Assembly (NCBI GenBank): GCA_044342685.1
Contig: JBIIPK010000006.1
Coordinates: 3,566 to 67,565, forward strand
Direction of reading: 5' to 3'
DNA from: Rhodoluna sp.
GTDB taxonomy: Bacteria > Actinomycetota > Actinomycetes > Actinomycetales > Microbacteriaceae
DNA: 64,000 bases
The position numbers were made by a program, and so were the translations under genes. The notes below the pieces were generated by a model. The model ran no database searches, had not been told where the DNA came from, and was given only the letters and a program-made list of their open reading frames with translations. Below, one piece after another: positions 37,194-47,228 of this stretch. Every line of letters starts with the position of its first letter. Position 1 is the stretch's first letter.

Positions 37194-37982
37194 CTATATT
37201 TCAAAAAGTTCACCGAAGCCCTCATATTCATAGAATCTGATGTATTCCACCAGCAACTTGTTGGACTCAGGTAGTTCTGGATCTAAAGGACCGCCCAAAT
37301 TGCCACCAACAGCCAGGTTTAGAAGGATATAGAAAGGGTGGTCATAAACCCATTTGTTAGGAGCCACGCTCTCTGGGGTTGCTGAGAAGTACTCTCTATC
37401 GTCTACAAACCAACTAATCTGCCCTGGTTTCCAGCTAATTGAGAATTCATGCCATTCTCCAGCCAGAGTCTGATCGAAAACTAGTTTGCCGCCGCAGCCG
37501 TTATCCCCAAAGTAACCAGGACCATGAAGAGTCCCAAGAGCCTCAAGAGGGGCCTTGCCCACCCATTCCATAATGTCTATCTCGCCAGCTAGTGGCCAAC
37601 CCTCAGTGTCCATAGTGTCCCCAAGCATCCAGAACGCTGGCCATAGGCCTGCTCCTGCAGGAACCATTGCCTTGATGGCTAATCTGCCGTACTGGAAGTG
37701 AAGCTTGTTCTTAGTAACCAACCTTGCACTTGTCCACTCAGCGGGACCGTAATAGGCCTCTCCTGCTGACTCGTCAGTTACCTTGCGAGCTTCAAGCTCT
37801 AACTGGCCAGCTGCATTAACAAAGGCGTTCTCTGCTGTGTAAACCTGAAGTTCATTGTTACCCCAACCAGGTATCCCATGGGATGTTCCGTCACCTAAAT
37901 CTCTGCCCCAAATCTTTGGATCTGGAGCTGACCCCTCTCCACTAGAGAACTCTTCGGACCAAATAAGTCTGTCTTCTGGCAT
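37194..37982 (-). CDS. Glycoside hydrolase family 16 (laminarinase / beta-1,3(-1,4)-glucanase-like), no signal peptide
   Basis: GWGNNELQVYT, WPAFWMLG and the catalytic GEIDIMEW (ExDxxE) motif. The N-terminus MPEDRLIWSEEFSS has no leader. Confidence 0.85.
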   Translation of the reverse strand: MPEDRLIWSEEFSSGEGSAPDPKIWGRDLGDGTSHGIPGWGNNELQVYTAENAFVNAAGQLELEARKVTDESAGEAYYGPAEWTSARLVTKNKLHFQYGRLAIKAMVPAGAGLWPAFWMLGDTMDTEGWPLAGEIDIMEWVGKAPLEALGTLHGPGYFGDNGCGGKLVFDQTLAGEWHEFSISWKPGQISWFVDDREYFSATPESVAPNKWVYDHPFYILLNLAVGGNLGGPLDPELPESNKLLVEYIRFYEYEGFGELFEI

Positions 37983-38093
37983 GATTTCTTTCTGTGGAAA
38001 ATTAGGTTGATTCCCAGTTTAACTCAACCCAAATGTTTCTAAAACTCCTTTAGGCTAGAACCGAGTCGAAAGACTTAAAAGTAGCAAGTAGAT

Positions 38094-38113
38094 TTTTGCT
38101 TTTGAAAGCAAAA
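38094..38113. promoter_or_regulatory. 20-bp inverted repeat TTTTGCTTT-tg-AAAGCAAAA in the divergent promoter region
   Basis: 9-bp perfect arms with a 2-bp spacer, located between the GH16 start (37982) and the acidic-protein start (38170). Confidence 0.3.
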
Positions 38114-38169
38114 GTGTCATAAATGCTGAAAAGCTGACATTAACTAGTTACATAGACAGAAGGACAGAC

Positions 38170-38763
38170 ATGAAGATTTCAAAGATTGCAGTCGCGGCTC
38201 TATTCGCTGCCGGTTTTGTAACTATCCCAGCAAGCCTAGGTCTGGCAGAAACACAAGACCAAGATGACCTGATGGTTATTCAATGTATCAACGAGTACAC
38301 CGAAGAAACGGGTTACAAGTGCATTGAAACAACCCCAGAAGACGAAGCCGTGGCATACACAACTGAAGTCGGCGATGTTGATGTCAAACCAATTGATTCA
38401 TGTTGGACCAACGAAGACGGATCAGAGGTTTGCGCTAGAGGTATCACTGAGCCAATGCCTGTGAGTCTTGAGGATGTTCCAGTTGATGGTGGCGACTGCA
38501 CCGTTAGCACAGACCCAGATGGCAACGAACAAAAAGCTTGCTATGACGCGGTTCCTTATGAAGTAACAGGCGAAGAAGGCGAAGGCGTGATTGTTGACGA
38601 AGGAACTGTTGATGAGACATTGATGTATCAGAGTGGTGTTACCAAGTCTGGTGCAACACCTAATGATCAAACAGCTTCAAGCACACTTGCTGCATTTGGT
38701 GTTCTAGTTGGAGCCCTAGGTGCTCTAGGTATTGCTCTAAGCAGACAAAAAGACGCTAAGTAA
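38170..38763 (+). CDS. Secreted, highly acidic 6-cysteine protein with a C-terminal TM anchor and basic tail; function unknown
   Basis: Signal peptide MKISKIAVAALFAAGFVTIPASLGLA. D/E-rich body with six Cys. C-terminus LAAFGVLVGALGALGIALSRQKDAK, with no LPXTG/LAXTG before it. Confidence 0.55.
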   Translation: MKISKIAVAALFAAGFVTIPASLGLAETQDQDDLMVIQCINEYTEETGYKCIETTPEDEAVAYTTEVGDVDVKPIDSCWTNEDGSEVCARGITEPMPVSLEDVPVDGGDCTVSTDPDGNEQKACYDAVPYEVTGEEGEGVIVDEGTVDETLMYQSGVTKSGATPNDQTASSTLAAFGVLVGALGALGIALSRQKDAK

Positions 38764-38775
38764 AAACTTAAATCA

Positions 38776-38809
38776 AAAGGGGTCTGACTATAAAGTCAGG
38801 CCCTTTTTG
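38776..38809. terminator. Bidirectional terminator hairpin
   Basis: AAAAGGGGTCTGACT-ataa-AGTCAGGCCCTTTTT between convergent genes. Confidence 0.55.
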
Positions 38810-38815
38810 TATTTG

Positions 38816-39199
38816 TTAGACATTTACTTCTCTACTCATTAACCCAACAGGGTTGCCTTCAGAATCTTCAATGAAAGCTAGCCACTCATTACCTGGCTTA
38901 TCAAATAGCCCTTGAGGATCAGGGAAAACTATGTGAGGTTCTTCAGAGACTTTGACTCCTAAACTTCTTAGTCTTTCGATTTCTTGCTTCACGTCTTCAA
39001 CTTGAAGGTAAATCAAGGATGAGCCTCCCCCGCGCTGAATAAGAAGTCGAGTTCCATCAAGGTCATAGAAAATCATTCCAGAGGCTGGGAATACTGCGGT
39101 TGGTTCTTGTTTTAGTAGTTGCGTATAGAAAGCTTGAGCCTTCTCGATGTCTTGGCAGCCAATTGAAATCTGTCTAATCTTCATAAAGTCAAGATACAC
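38816..39199 (-). CDS. VOC/glyoxalase-family protein
   Basis: 127 aa. Pattern ...I.I.C.D.EKA..FY...L......DLDG..L.....DP.GN.... Confidence 0.6.
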   Translation of the reverse strand: MYLDFMKIRQISIGCQDIEKAQAFYTQLLKQEPTAVFPASGMIFYDLDGTRLLIQRGGGSSLIYLQVEDVKQEIERLRSLGVKVSEEPHIVFPDPQGLFDKPGNEWLAFIEDSEGNPVGLMSREVNV

Positions 39200-39222
39200 C
39201 GAGATATGCCAAGTAGATTTGT

Positions 39223-40440
39223 TTGGTGGCTAAAAGTTCAACGTTGAGATCATTCAAACATCGGAACTTCCGCATACTATATCCAGCTAACGCCTTGTCA
39301 AACATTGGTACTTGGAGCCAAAGAGTTGCTCAAGACTGGTTGGTTCTAGAGCTAACAGACAAGGACGCAGCAATGCTGGGTCTTGTTACAGCAATTCAAT
39401 TTCTCCCTGCAATGCTGCTTAGTCTCTACGGCGGTCTTCTAGCTGATCGCTTTAATAAGCGAAAACTTCTTATCCTCACCAATACAGGCGCTGCGCTCAC
39501 ATCAGTGATTCTAGGTTTGTTAGTTATTGCTGGTTCAGTTCAGTTATGGCATGTGTTTGTTTTAGCTTTAGGCCTCGGTGTGTTCACAGCGATCGACTCG
39601 CCAATCAGAGTGAGCTTCACAAGTGAACTGGTTGGTAAGGATGATCTAGCTAACGCAGTTAGTTTGAACTCAGCGAACTTCAACGTAGGACGTCTAGTTG
39701 GTCCTGCTCTGAGTGGATATCTGATTTTCTTCTATGGCACAGGGCCTTCATTCCTAATAAACACCGGCACTTATGTGTTCATGGTGGCAACGCTCCTATT
39801 CCTCAGAGATAAAGATCTACACATCACCTCAAAGCCCGCTAGAGATAACAAGCTGTCAGAGGCATTCAAGTATGTGAAATCTAGGCCTGATCTAATGCTT
39901 GTGATGCTGACTGTTTTCTTCACAACAACATTTGGCTTGAACTTCCAGATCTTCATCGCTCTAATGGCAACTAAAGAATTCGGGATGCAAGCAGACCAGT
40001 TTGGTGCGCTTGGAAGCCTATTGGCAGTCGGCTCATTGACCGGAGCTATAGTCGCGGCACGACTAGAAAGAAGCAGAACAACGAAAAACATCCTTTTCGG
40101 GGCAACGCTGTTTGGTGTTCTGCTTATGCTCTCCGCTTATATACCTAGCCCGCTGCTCTTTGCACTCATGTTGCCAATCATGGGGGCAACAGCTTTGTTA
40201 ACGCTAATCTCCGCTAACACTTATGTGCAGAGCAACACTTCTAACGCTCTACGAGGTCGGGTAATGGGAATCTACCTGATGATCTTTATGGGTGGCACAC
40301 CTATCGGTGCTCCGCTGATTGGATTTGTTGCAGCAGCTGTTGGAATACGACTAACTATTGTTTTGTGTGGTCTTGTTCTCGTAGTTGCTGCATTCCTGAT
40401 CAAGAGAAAGTTCAAGGGGCTTGAACCTGTAACAATCTAG
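39223..40440 (+). CDS. MFS transporter (MFS_3 / EntS-like exporter family)
   Basis: 405 aa, 12 TMS, N-terminal FR.L......S..G.W....A..W pattern and GLLADRFNKRK motif. Confidence 0.8.
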   Translation: MVAKSSTLRSFKHRNFRILYPANALSNIGTWSQRVAQDWLVLELTDKDAAMLGLVTAIQFLPAMLLSLYGGLLADRFNKRKLLILTNTGAALTSVILGLLVIAGSVQLWHVFVLALGLGVFTAIDSPIRVSFTSELVGKDDLANAVSLNSANFNVGRLVGPALSGYLIFFYGTGPSFLINTGTYVFMVATLLFLRDKDLHITSKPARDNKLSEAFKYVKSRPDLMLVMLTVFFTTTFGLNFQIFIALMATKEFGMQADQFGALGSLLAVGSLTGAIVAARLERSRTTKNILFGATLFGVLLMLSAYIPSPLLFALMLPIMGATALLTLISANTYVQSNTSNALRGRVMGIYLMIFMGGTPIGAPLIGFVAAAVGIRLTIVLCGLVLVVAAFLIKRKFKGLEPVTI

Positions 40441-41073
40441 TTACTGGTTCATTCTTTCAATCTCAGCATCGACAGCATCTTTAAGAGCTTGCATGTCTAC
40501 CTCTGACACAGGTCCATACTCGAGTGCCCTGGTGTTCTTAACATCCTCTGGGGTTGCTTTAACTAAGAGGCCGTTTGCTACTTCGAAAATAGTGTCTTTC
40601 AGTTTCGAGCCCTCTTCGGTGTAGGTAGCCTGTGTCCAAACAAAACTTCCGTCATCGTTCTTCTTGACGTAGTGCTCATAGTCACCAGTGTTGTCTTGAT
40701 TCGCTTCTTCCATCATGGAGATCAGATAACCAGGACCACATGCTGTTGTTTCTAATTCATATAGAACCTGGGCAGCACCTTTTTCATCGATGTAGATCGC
40801 ACTGTAATCCAAATAGGCATCTTCTTTAGCAAGAGCAATGATTCTAGAAGGCACGTTATTGATGAACCTCTCAACAAGTCCTTCGGTCTGACCCTTGGCG
40901 CAGGAATCATCGGCGATCTTATAAAACTCTGCTTCTATCTCAGCTTGGGTTTGAGTAATAGTAGGCGTTGGAGTTGGGGTAGCAGTTGGTTCTGGATCAA
41001 CTGAAGCACATCCCGCCAATGCCAATAACAATCCAGTGATGGCTAGAGCCTTGAATGTAGTTGTTGTTCTCAT
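40441..41073 (-). CDS. Lipoprotein of unknown function
   Basis: MRTTTTFKALAITGLLLALAG|C lipobox, then a PT linker (TATPTPTPTITQ). I place the start at the ATG at 41073 rather than 41121. Confidence 0.6.
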   Translation of the reverse strand: MRTTTTFKALAITGLLLALAGCASVDPEPTATPTPTPTITQTQAEIEAEFYKIADDSCAKGQTEGLVERFINNVPSRIIALAKEDAYLDYSAIYIDEKGAAQVLYELETTACGPGYLISMMEEANQDNTGDYEHYVKKNDDGSFVWTQATYTEEGSKLKDTIFEVANGLLVKATPEDVKNTRALEYGPVSEVDMQALKDAVDAEIERMNQ

Positions 41074-41092
41074 TTGGGTCCCCGTTCTGTTG

Positions 41093-41347
41093 TTATCTCT
41101 TTGCAGCTTGTCCAGGAACAAACACTAGAACTGCACAAACAGCAAATATTCCCAAATAGACGTAGCCGAACTCTGCTCTCATAATGAATGCGAAGACAGA
41201 CAGAACGGCTTGAAAGCCTACTGCCACATAGCCAACTACCTTGGGCACTTTCCTGACAGCAACAAGGATAGACAGGACAACGCTGGCAAGTGTAAGAGCG
41301 AACATCGAAAGTACTACGACCATTAAGAAGGCGGCTAAAGATTCCAT
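41093..41347 (-). CDS. Small integral membrane protein (3 predicted TMS), unknown function
   Basis: 84 aa, almost entirely hydrophobic, ATG start. Coding status rests on ORF length and hydrophobic periodicity only. Confidence 0.45.
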   Translation of the reverse strand: MESLAAFLMVVVLSMFALTLASVVLSILVAVRKVPKVVGYVAVGFQAVLSVFAFIMRAEFGYVYLGIFAVCAVLVFVPGQAAKR

Positions 41348-41390
41348 GTCTTGAGTCTAGGCTCTTGCGATGAATACGCACTAAGAACTT

Positions 41391-41423
41391 AAAAAGAGAA
41401 GCCCGGTCATTTCTGACCGGGCT
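41391..41423 (-). terminator. Rho-independent terminator after the tRNA-Ile/tRNA-Ala pair
   Basis: The minus strand reads AGCCCGGTCA-gaaa-TGACCGGGCT followed by TCTCTTTTT. Confidence 0.6.
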
Positions 41424-41434
41424 TTCCACTTGCG

Positions 41435-41507
41435 TGGAGACTAGGGGGGTCGAACCCCTGACCCCCTGCTTGCAAAGCAGGTGCTCTACCAACTGAGCTA
41501 AGTCCCC
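41435..41507 (-). tRNA. tRNA-Ala (anticodon TGC)
   Basis: The complement reads GGGGACT-TA-GCTC-AGTTGGTA-GAGC-A-CCTGC-TTTGCAA-GCAGG-GGGTC-AGGGG-TTCGACC-CCCCT-AGTCTCC-A. It includes the G3:U70 Ala identity pair. CCA is not encoded. Confidence 0.9.
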
Positions 41508-41541
41508 ATTCGGAAGGCCACTCTGATGAGTGAGTACTTCC

Positions 41542-41618
41542 TGGTGGGCCTAGGAGGACTTGAACCTCCGACCTCTTCATTATCAGTGAAGCGCTCTAAC
41601 CACCTGAGCTATAGGCCC
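41542..41618 (-). tRNA. tRNA-Ile (anticodon GAT), CCA encoded
   Basis: The complement reads GGGCCTA-TA-GCTC-AGGTGGTTA-GAGC-G-CTTCA-CTGATAA-TGAAG-AGGTC-GGAGG-TTCAAGT-CCTCC-TAGGCCC-A-CCA. Confidence 0.9.
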
Positions 41619-41669
41619 ATAGAACGAAGTTAACCCTACCTGATTTGAGTGCTTGTCTCAAACTGAGGC

Positions 41670-42032
41670 TTAGTTATTTGTGAAACCCACTGAAACTCCG
41701 CCTGTGATACGGGCTACGATGTTGAAAATCGCTGCCCATACTCCAGCCAGAATGGTTCCTACAAAGATCACGAAGAGAGCCATGCTTAGGGCGATTGCTA
41801 GAACTGGAGGCAATGTAACATCCAGCCCAATGTCCTTTAGCAAGGCGGTAGCACCTAAGGTGCTTAGAACGAAGTAAACCAAAGTGATGGCTATCACTAG
41901 ACCAATACCGATTGCGATGTTGATTACGAAGCCAAAGCGAACTGCTGACCAGAAGCTGATCTTCACTAGCTTTAGGTTTACCGGCTTAACAGTGGATTCA
42001 CTGCGTCTGACGTTGCGTGAAAAGATACTCAT
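41670..42032 (-). CDS. DUF3566-type transmembrane protein (conserved downstream partner of gyrA in Actinobacteria)
   Basis: 120 aa, 2-3 TMS, ends ...GGVSVGFTNN. Abuts the gyrA stop. Confidence 0.7.
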   Translation of the reverse strand: MSIFSRNVRRSESTVKPVNLKLVKISFWSAVRFGFVINIAIGIGLVIAITLVYFVLSTLGATALLKDIGLDVTLPPVLAIALSMALFVIFVGTILAGVWAAIFNIVARITGGVSVGFTNN

Positions 42033-44549
42033 TTATTCTCCGCTCTCTTCTGAGACAACTACAACACTAGAGGTGTCTGTGTCAGAACTGTCTAGATTTC
42101 TTTCGCTGTTCTTTGCTAATCCTAGGACTGAATCCTCATCATCGAAACGGGCAAATACAACACCCATAGTGTCTCTACCTCTGGCAGGGACCTCACTAAC
42201 GGCTGATCTCACGACTTTACCGCTAGAAAGCACTATAAGTACCTCATCGTCTTCTTCAACGATTAGGGCACCGACTATGTCTCCACGGCGATCCTCTAGC
42301 TTGGCAACCTTGATACCGATACCGCCTCGGTTCTGAAGACGGTATTGATCAACAGAGGTTCTCTTGGCGAAACCGCCTTCGGTAACAACAAATACGAATC
42401 CACGGTCAGTGATCACATCAGCTGAAAGCAGGTGGTCTCCCTTACGGAAGTGCATACCGATGTTTCCACTGGTGTCTCTACCCATTGGACGAAGAGACTC
42501 GTCGCTAGCTGAGAACCTGATCGACATTCCCTTGCTTGAAACAAGCAATAGATCGTCGCTCTGGTTCACCAGCATTGCTGAAACAACTTCATCGTCTTCA
42601 CGAAGCTTGATGGCAATCAAACCACCTGAACGAGCTGTGTCATAGGCCTCAAGGGAAGTCTTCTTAACAAGACCAGACTTAGTTGCAATAACTAAGAACT
42701 CTGCTTGTTGGTAATCGCGGATGTCTAGCACCTGAGCGATCTTCTCATCAGGTTGAAGAGCTAGAAGGTTAGCTGCGTGCTGACCCTTTGCATCTCTTCC
42801 TGCTTCTTGAACTTCGTAAGCCTTGGTGCGATATACGCGACCCTTGTTTGTGAAGAAGAGTAGGTAGTGATGAGTTGTAGTAACAAAGAAGTGTTCAACA
42901 ACATCATCTGCTCTAAGGCTTGCACCTTTAACACCCTTACCGCCACGGTGTTGTGAACGGTAGTTATCACTCTTTGTTCTCTTGATGTATCCACCGCGAG
43001 TAATAGTGATAACCATTTCCTCTTCTGGGATTAGATCAAGATCAGTAACACCGTCTTCACCTGGAAGAATTTGAGTTCTTCTGTCATCGCCGTGACGCTT
43101 AACAACTTCTGCAAGTTCTTCACTAACGATAGTTCTCTGACGCTCTGGGTCAGCAATGATTGCCTTGTATTCAACAATCAATGCTTCTAGCTCAGCAGCT
43201 TCATCAATAATCTTCTGTCGCTCTAGTGCTGCTAGTTGTCTTAGCTGCATGTTCAAGATTGCTCTTGCCTGCAATTCATCAATGGAAAGAAGTTTGATCA
43301 AACCATCGCGAGCATCTTCGGCTGTTGCGCTAGCTCGAATAAGTTTGATTACTTCATCAAGAGAATCAAGAGCCTTTAGGTAACCGCGAAGAATGTGTGC
43401 ACGTTCTTCAGCTTTTCTTAGACGGAAAGTAGTTCTTCTAACAATTACTTCAATCTGGTGAGCAATCCAGTAGGTGATGAAACCATCAAGGCTCAAAGTT
43501 CTAGGAACACCATCAACCAGAGCCAACATGTTCGCGCTGAAGTTTTCTTGAAGGGGAGTGAACTTGTAAAGGTTGTTTAGAACAACTTGAGCTACAGCGT
43601 CTTTCTTCAAAACAATTACTAAACGTTGACCAGTTCTACCTGAGGTCTCGTCACGGATATCTGCAATGCCAGTTAGTCTTTGTTCCTTAACTAGTTCAGC
43701 AATCTTGAGTGCAAGGTTGTCTGGGTTAACTTGGTAAGGAAGTTCAGTTACTACTAGACAAGTTCTTCCCTGAAGTTCTTCAACATTTACGATTGCTCGC
43801 ATTGTGATTGAACCACGACCAGTTCTATATGCATCCTTGATTCCTTGAGATCCAAGAATGGTTGCAGCAGTTGGAAAGTCTGGACCCTTGATGCGTTGCA
43901 TCAAAGCATTTAACAATTCTTCTTGAGAAGCACCTGGGTTAGCTAATGCCCACTGAGCACCTTCTGCAACTTCACGAAGGTTGTGTGGAGGAATGTTTGT
44001 TGCCATAGCGACAGCAATACCGATTGATCCATTGATTAGAAGGTTAGGAATTCGGCTAGGAAGAACTGTCGGTTCTTGAGTCCTACCGTCATAGTTGTCT
44101 TGGAAGTCAACTGTCTCTTCGTCAATGTCTCTAACCATCTCAAGAGCTAGAGGAGCCATGCGGCACTCTGTGTATCGAGGAGCTGCTGCCCCATCGTTAC
44201 CAGGGGAACCGAAGTTACCTTGCCCGTTTACTAGAGGATAACGAAGGTTCCATTCCTGAACTAGACGCACCAAAGTGTCATAGATAGCACTGTCACCGTG
44301 AGGGTGATACTGGCCCATTACATCTCCAACTACACGAGAACACTTGGAGAACTGCTTGTCTGGGCGGTAGCCACCGTCATACATTGCATAGATCACACGA
44401 CGGTGAACAGGCTTTAGACCATCTCTAACATCTGGAAGAGCTCGGCCTACGATAACGCTCATTGCATAGTCAAGATATGACCTTTGCATTTCTACGTTTA
44501 GGTCAATTTGTTCGACTCTGTCGACGGTTGGTTCAATATTTTCAGTCAT
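42033..44549 (-). CDS. gyrA: DNA gyrase subunit A
   Basis: [25 protein letters not shown], active-site region AAAPRYTE and a C-terminal beta-pinwheel. 838 aa. Confidence 0.97.
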   Translation of the reverse strand: MTENIEPTVDRVEQIDLNVEMQRSYLDYAMSVIVGRALPDVRDGLKPVHRRVIYAMYDGGYRPDKQFSKCSRVVGDVMGQYHPHGDSAIYDTLVRLVQEWNLRYPLVNGQGNFGSPGNDGAAAPRYTECRMAPLALEMVRDIDEETVDFQDNYDGRTQEPTVLPSRIPNLLINGSIGIAVAMATNIPPHNLREVAEGAQWALANPGASQEELLNALMQRIKGPDFPTAATILGSQGIKDAYRTGRGSITMRAIVNVEELQGRTCLVVTELPYQVNPDNLALKIAELVKEQRLTGIADIRDETSGRTGQRLVIVLKKDAVAQVVLNNLYKFTPLQENFSANMLALVDGVPRTLSLDGFITYWIAHQIEVIVRRTTFRLRKAEERAHILRGYLKALDSLDEVIKLIRASATAEDARDGLIKLLSIDELQARAILNMQLRQLAALERQKIIDEAAELEALIVEYKAIIADPERQRTIVSEELAEVVKRHGDDRRTQILPGEDGVTDLDLIPEEEMVITITRGGYIKRTKSDNYRSQHRGGKGVKGASLRADDVVEHFFVTTTHHYLLFFTNKGRVYRTKAYEVQEAGRDAKGQHAANLLALQPDEKIAQVLDIRDYQQAEFLVIATKSGLVKKTSLEAYDTARSGGLIAIKLREDDEVVSAMLVNQSDDLLLVSSKGMSIRFSASDESLRPMGRDTSGNIGMHFRKGDHLLSADVITDRGFVFVVTEGGFAKRTSVDQYRLQNRGGIGIKVAKLEDRRGDIVGALIVEEDDEVLIVLSSGKVVRSAVSEVPARGRDTMGVVFARFDDEDSVLGLAKNSERNLDSSDTDTSSVVVVSEESGE

Positions 44550-44564
44550 AATTTTTCTCTCGCT

Positions 44565-46517
<1,953 letters not shown>

Positions 46518-46654
46518 CTATTTCATCGAGTCAGGCCCTCACGACCGCGCCTTCAATAAAGCGACTTAAATCCGGGGTAACTAACCGTCTAATTCTACCC
46601 TCTAGAAGGGCTTAAAATAGGCTAAAAACGGGCATTGGGGAGCTCTTTTTAGCC

Positions 46655-46663
46655 TGTGGATAA
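46655..46663. promoter_or_regulatory. Isolated perfect DnaA box (TGTGGATAA) upstream of gyrB
   Basis: Exact reverse complement of TTATCCACA, 153 bp upstream of the gyrB start. Preceded by an AGGCTAAAAA...TTTTTAGCCT inverted repeat (46619-46655). Confidence 0.4.
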
Positions 46664-46709
46664 CTGGCTACAAGTCGCATTTTTACTAGGCAGAAGCTCT
46701 TAGGGGTTG

Positions 46710-47228
46710 TTATCCGAAGGTATCTCTCGGACCTCTGCCTTGAACAGTCCTAAAACCCCTCTTAAAGCTCGGTGCCTGAGGCCCAACAAAGCGTATTTCT
46801 TTGACCTCAAGATCAGGTAAACGCTCTGAAATCTTTGCCAATATCTCAGGTCCCATGAGCCTTAGCTGCGTCGCCCAAGCGGTGCTTTTGCATCTAACTG
46901 TGAGTATTCCCTTGGCAAGGTCCTCTGGGAAGCTACTTTCGGCCACCCTATCCCCAACCAGGTCCTTCCAGTTGGCAAAGAGCTCCCCTTCAGCAACCTT
47001 AGATTGCCAGCCAAAGCTCTGAATTAGTTCGTCCATTGTGTTGGCAATTGACTTAGGGTCTCTGCCGGAGTCGAAAGGTTTTGACCTTTGGCGCTGGGTT
47101 TTCTCACGCCTCTTTGTGTCTCTGTCTTTCCTGCCCGTTATGGCAGCTCTCATTCGATAGTAAAAATCAACAGCTACATCTGGCTTGTTTTCTTCAGTCA
47201 TTTGCCACCAACGATCCGTCTCGGACAT
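46710..47228 (-). CDS. dciA: DUF721 protein (DciA-like helicase-loading factor; Rv0004 position)
   Basis: 172 aa. ...W..W..IVG...A..S.P..L..G.L.V...S.AWA..L pattern. Conserved recF-DUF721-gyrB position. Confidence 0.75.
   Translation of the reverse strand: MSETDRWWQMTEENKPDVAVDFYYRMRAAITGRKDRDTKRREKTQRQRSKPFDSGRDPKSIANTMDELIQSFGWQSKVAEGELFANWKDLVGDRVAESSFPEDLAKGILTVRCKSTAWATQLRLMGPEILAKISERLPDLEVKEIRFVGPQAPSFKRGFRTVQGRGPRDTFG

Noticed and set aside
38230-38250. LAETQ at the end of the signal peptide of the acidic protein, which resembles the class E sortase motif LAxTG.
   Set aside because: It is at the N-terminus next to the signal-peptide cleavage site, it lacks the final G, and it is not followed by a sorting tail.
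36194-41434. Possibility that the ppiA/tRNA-Ala block is an integrated mobile island.
   Set aside because: I could find no integrase, recombinase, transposase or phage genes, and no direct repeat of the tRNA-Ala 3' end at the distal boundary. It is kept only as a 'variable block' finding.
41070-41492. 140-aa minus-strand ORF spanning the small-membrane-protein gene and running into tRNA-Ala.
   Set aside because: It would read through a tRNA gene and its terminator. The alternative 84-aa hydrophobic ORF plus the tRNA explain the region better.
41884-42336. 150-aa plus-strand ORF across the DUF3566/gyrA junction.
   Set aside because: It is antisense to gyrA and its conserved downstream partner. 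Its S/T/L/R-rich composition marks it as a shadow frame.
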